Below, one piece after another: positions 26,083-26,981 of a stretch of DNA of 26,981 bases. A program made the translations under genes and the position numbers. The stretch comes from a virus. The DNA is taken from positions 1 to 26,981 of IMG/VR virus record IMGVR_UViG_3300045988_122866. One strand, given 5' to 3'. The notes beneath the pieces are model-generated. The model ran no database searches and was not told the DNA's origin. It saw nothing but the letters and a program-made list of their open reading frames with translations. Position 1 is the stretch's first letter; every line of letters starts with the position of its first letter.

Positions 26083-26125
26083 TGGGGAGAAGGGATTAAA
26101 CTCCCTCTCCCCATATTTTTGTTTT
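26083..26125 (+). terminator. Intrinsic terminator (tggggagaaggga…tccctctcccca plus a T-run) after the capsid gene
   Basis: A 12-13-bp stem followed by tatttttgtttt. Confidence 0.7.
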
Positions 26126-26149
26126 ATGAGTAAAAGGAGAAATTGAATA

Positions 26150-26743
26150 ATGATTAATAATGAAGATATTTATAATGTAAAAAATAGAAGCACTAGTGTA
26201 GTTGTTTATACTATTCCTGATACTAATTTGCGTCGTGAATTTGCGCCTGGTGAAACTAAGCGTATTCCATTTGGTGAGCTAGAGAAATTAACTTATCAGG
26301 CAGGCGGTCGCGAATTAATTGCTAATTTTTTACAAATTTTAGAGCCAGAAGTAACTCATACTCTTAATGTTCATACTGAACCTGAATATAATATGTCAGA
26401 GCAACAAGTTGCTGATTTAATTCTTAATGGCTCATTAGATGCTTTCTTAGATGCTCTTGATTTTGCTCCTATTGGAATTATTGACTTAATCAAGAATTTA
26501 TCTGTTAGCCTTCCTATTACTGATATTAATAAGCGTAGAGCTTTGAAGGAAAAAACTGGGTTTGATGTTGATAAAGCTATTGCTAATGATATCGCTAGTA
26601 AAGAAGAAGATACTATTGTAGAGAAAGAACCCGCTGCTAAGCGCCGTGTAGTAAGAGAAGAGCCTACTACTCAAGGTCGTCGCACAAGCGGTTCTGGATA
26701 TAAAGTAATTAATAAAACCGAGGAAACTTCCTCCAAGAAATAA
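26150..26743 (+). CDS. Hypothetical structural-module protein, 197 aa, TAG-free
   Basis: SD AAAGGAGAA. TAA stop. Confidence 0.5.
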   Translation: MINNEDIYNVKNRSTSVVVYTIPDTNLRREFAPGETKRIPFGELEKLTYQAGGRELIANFLQILEPEVTHTLNVHTEPEYNMSEQQVADLILNGSLDAFLDALDFAPIGIIDLIKNLSVSLPITDINKRRALKEKTGFDVDKAIANDIASKEEDTIVEKEPAAKRRVVREEPTTQGRRTSGSGYKVINKTEETSSKK

Positions 26744-26762
26744 TTTATAGGAGGGCGATTAA

Positions 26763-26981
26763 GTGGGAACATTATTCTCAGCTGTTTATAATCGCTTTCT
26801 AAACAAGGTTACTGATGACATGTATCTGGAGTTGACTCCTGAAGATACTCTAAGAGATTTATAGAATCTTATAATAGATGCTATTCCTGGATTTGAATTT
26901 CCACGAAAAAATCTTTTAGATTATAATTTAGATGTTGCTACTATTAATGAATCTGATGCTATGCCAGATGATTTTATTGTA
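26763..26981 (+). CDS. Hypothetical protein, 5' part only (runs off the window), GTG start, with one in-frame TAG
   Basis: SD TAGGAGGGCG. The frame stays open to the window end apart from one TAG. Confidence 0.4.

Overview
This window looks like one arm of a virulent or temperate phage genome with two very different halves. Coordinates of non-CDS elements were counted by hand and may be off by 1-2 nt; CDS coordinates are anchored to the supplied ORF track. Positions 1-15.1 kb (estimated GC about 48-50% by eye) carry about 40 small early-type genes, all on the minus strand. Nearly every one has its own near-consensus sigma70 promoter (TTGACA-N17-TGnTATAAT), a strong Shine-Dalgarno site and its own hairpin terminator. 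They all stop with TAA or TGA, never TAG. Recognisable products include a DEDDh 3'-5' exonuclease, a HAD-type 5'(3')-deoxyribonucleotidase-like protein, a T5orf172/GIY-YIG-like protein, an AbrB/SpoVT-like regulator, three winged-HTH proteins (two are paralogs), several membrane proteins and many micro-ORFs. Through this region a composite module of about 150-230 bp recurs seven times at roughly 2-2.8 kb spacing. Each copy has an upstream-gene terminator, a consensus minus-strand promoter whose transcript begins in a GC hairpin with covarying stem, and in three copies a convergent consensus plus-strand promoter. An iteron-like tandem repeat array (about 15.15-15.31 kb) marks a strand switch. 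After it comes an AT-rich compartment (estimated GC about 30-35%) with late genes on the plus strand: two zinc-ribbon proteins, the large terminase, a small PD-(D/E)xK nuclease, a portal, a scaffold-like protein, two major structural proteins (probable capsid) and others. The central result is that the terminase, portal and several neighbours carry many in-frame TAG codons but no TAA or TGA over kilobase spans. TAG must therefore be read as an amino acid, most likely Gln. The most abundant structural genes are TAG-free. The promoter and Shine-Dalgarno style suggests a Firmicutes-like or Proteobacteria-like host rather than Bacteroidetes; this is inference.
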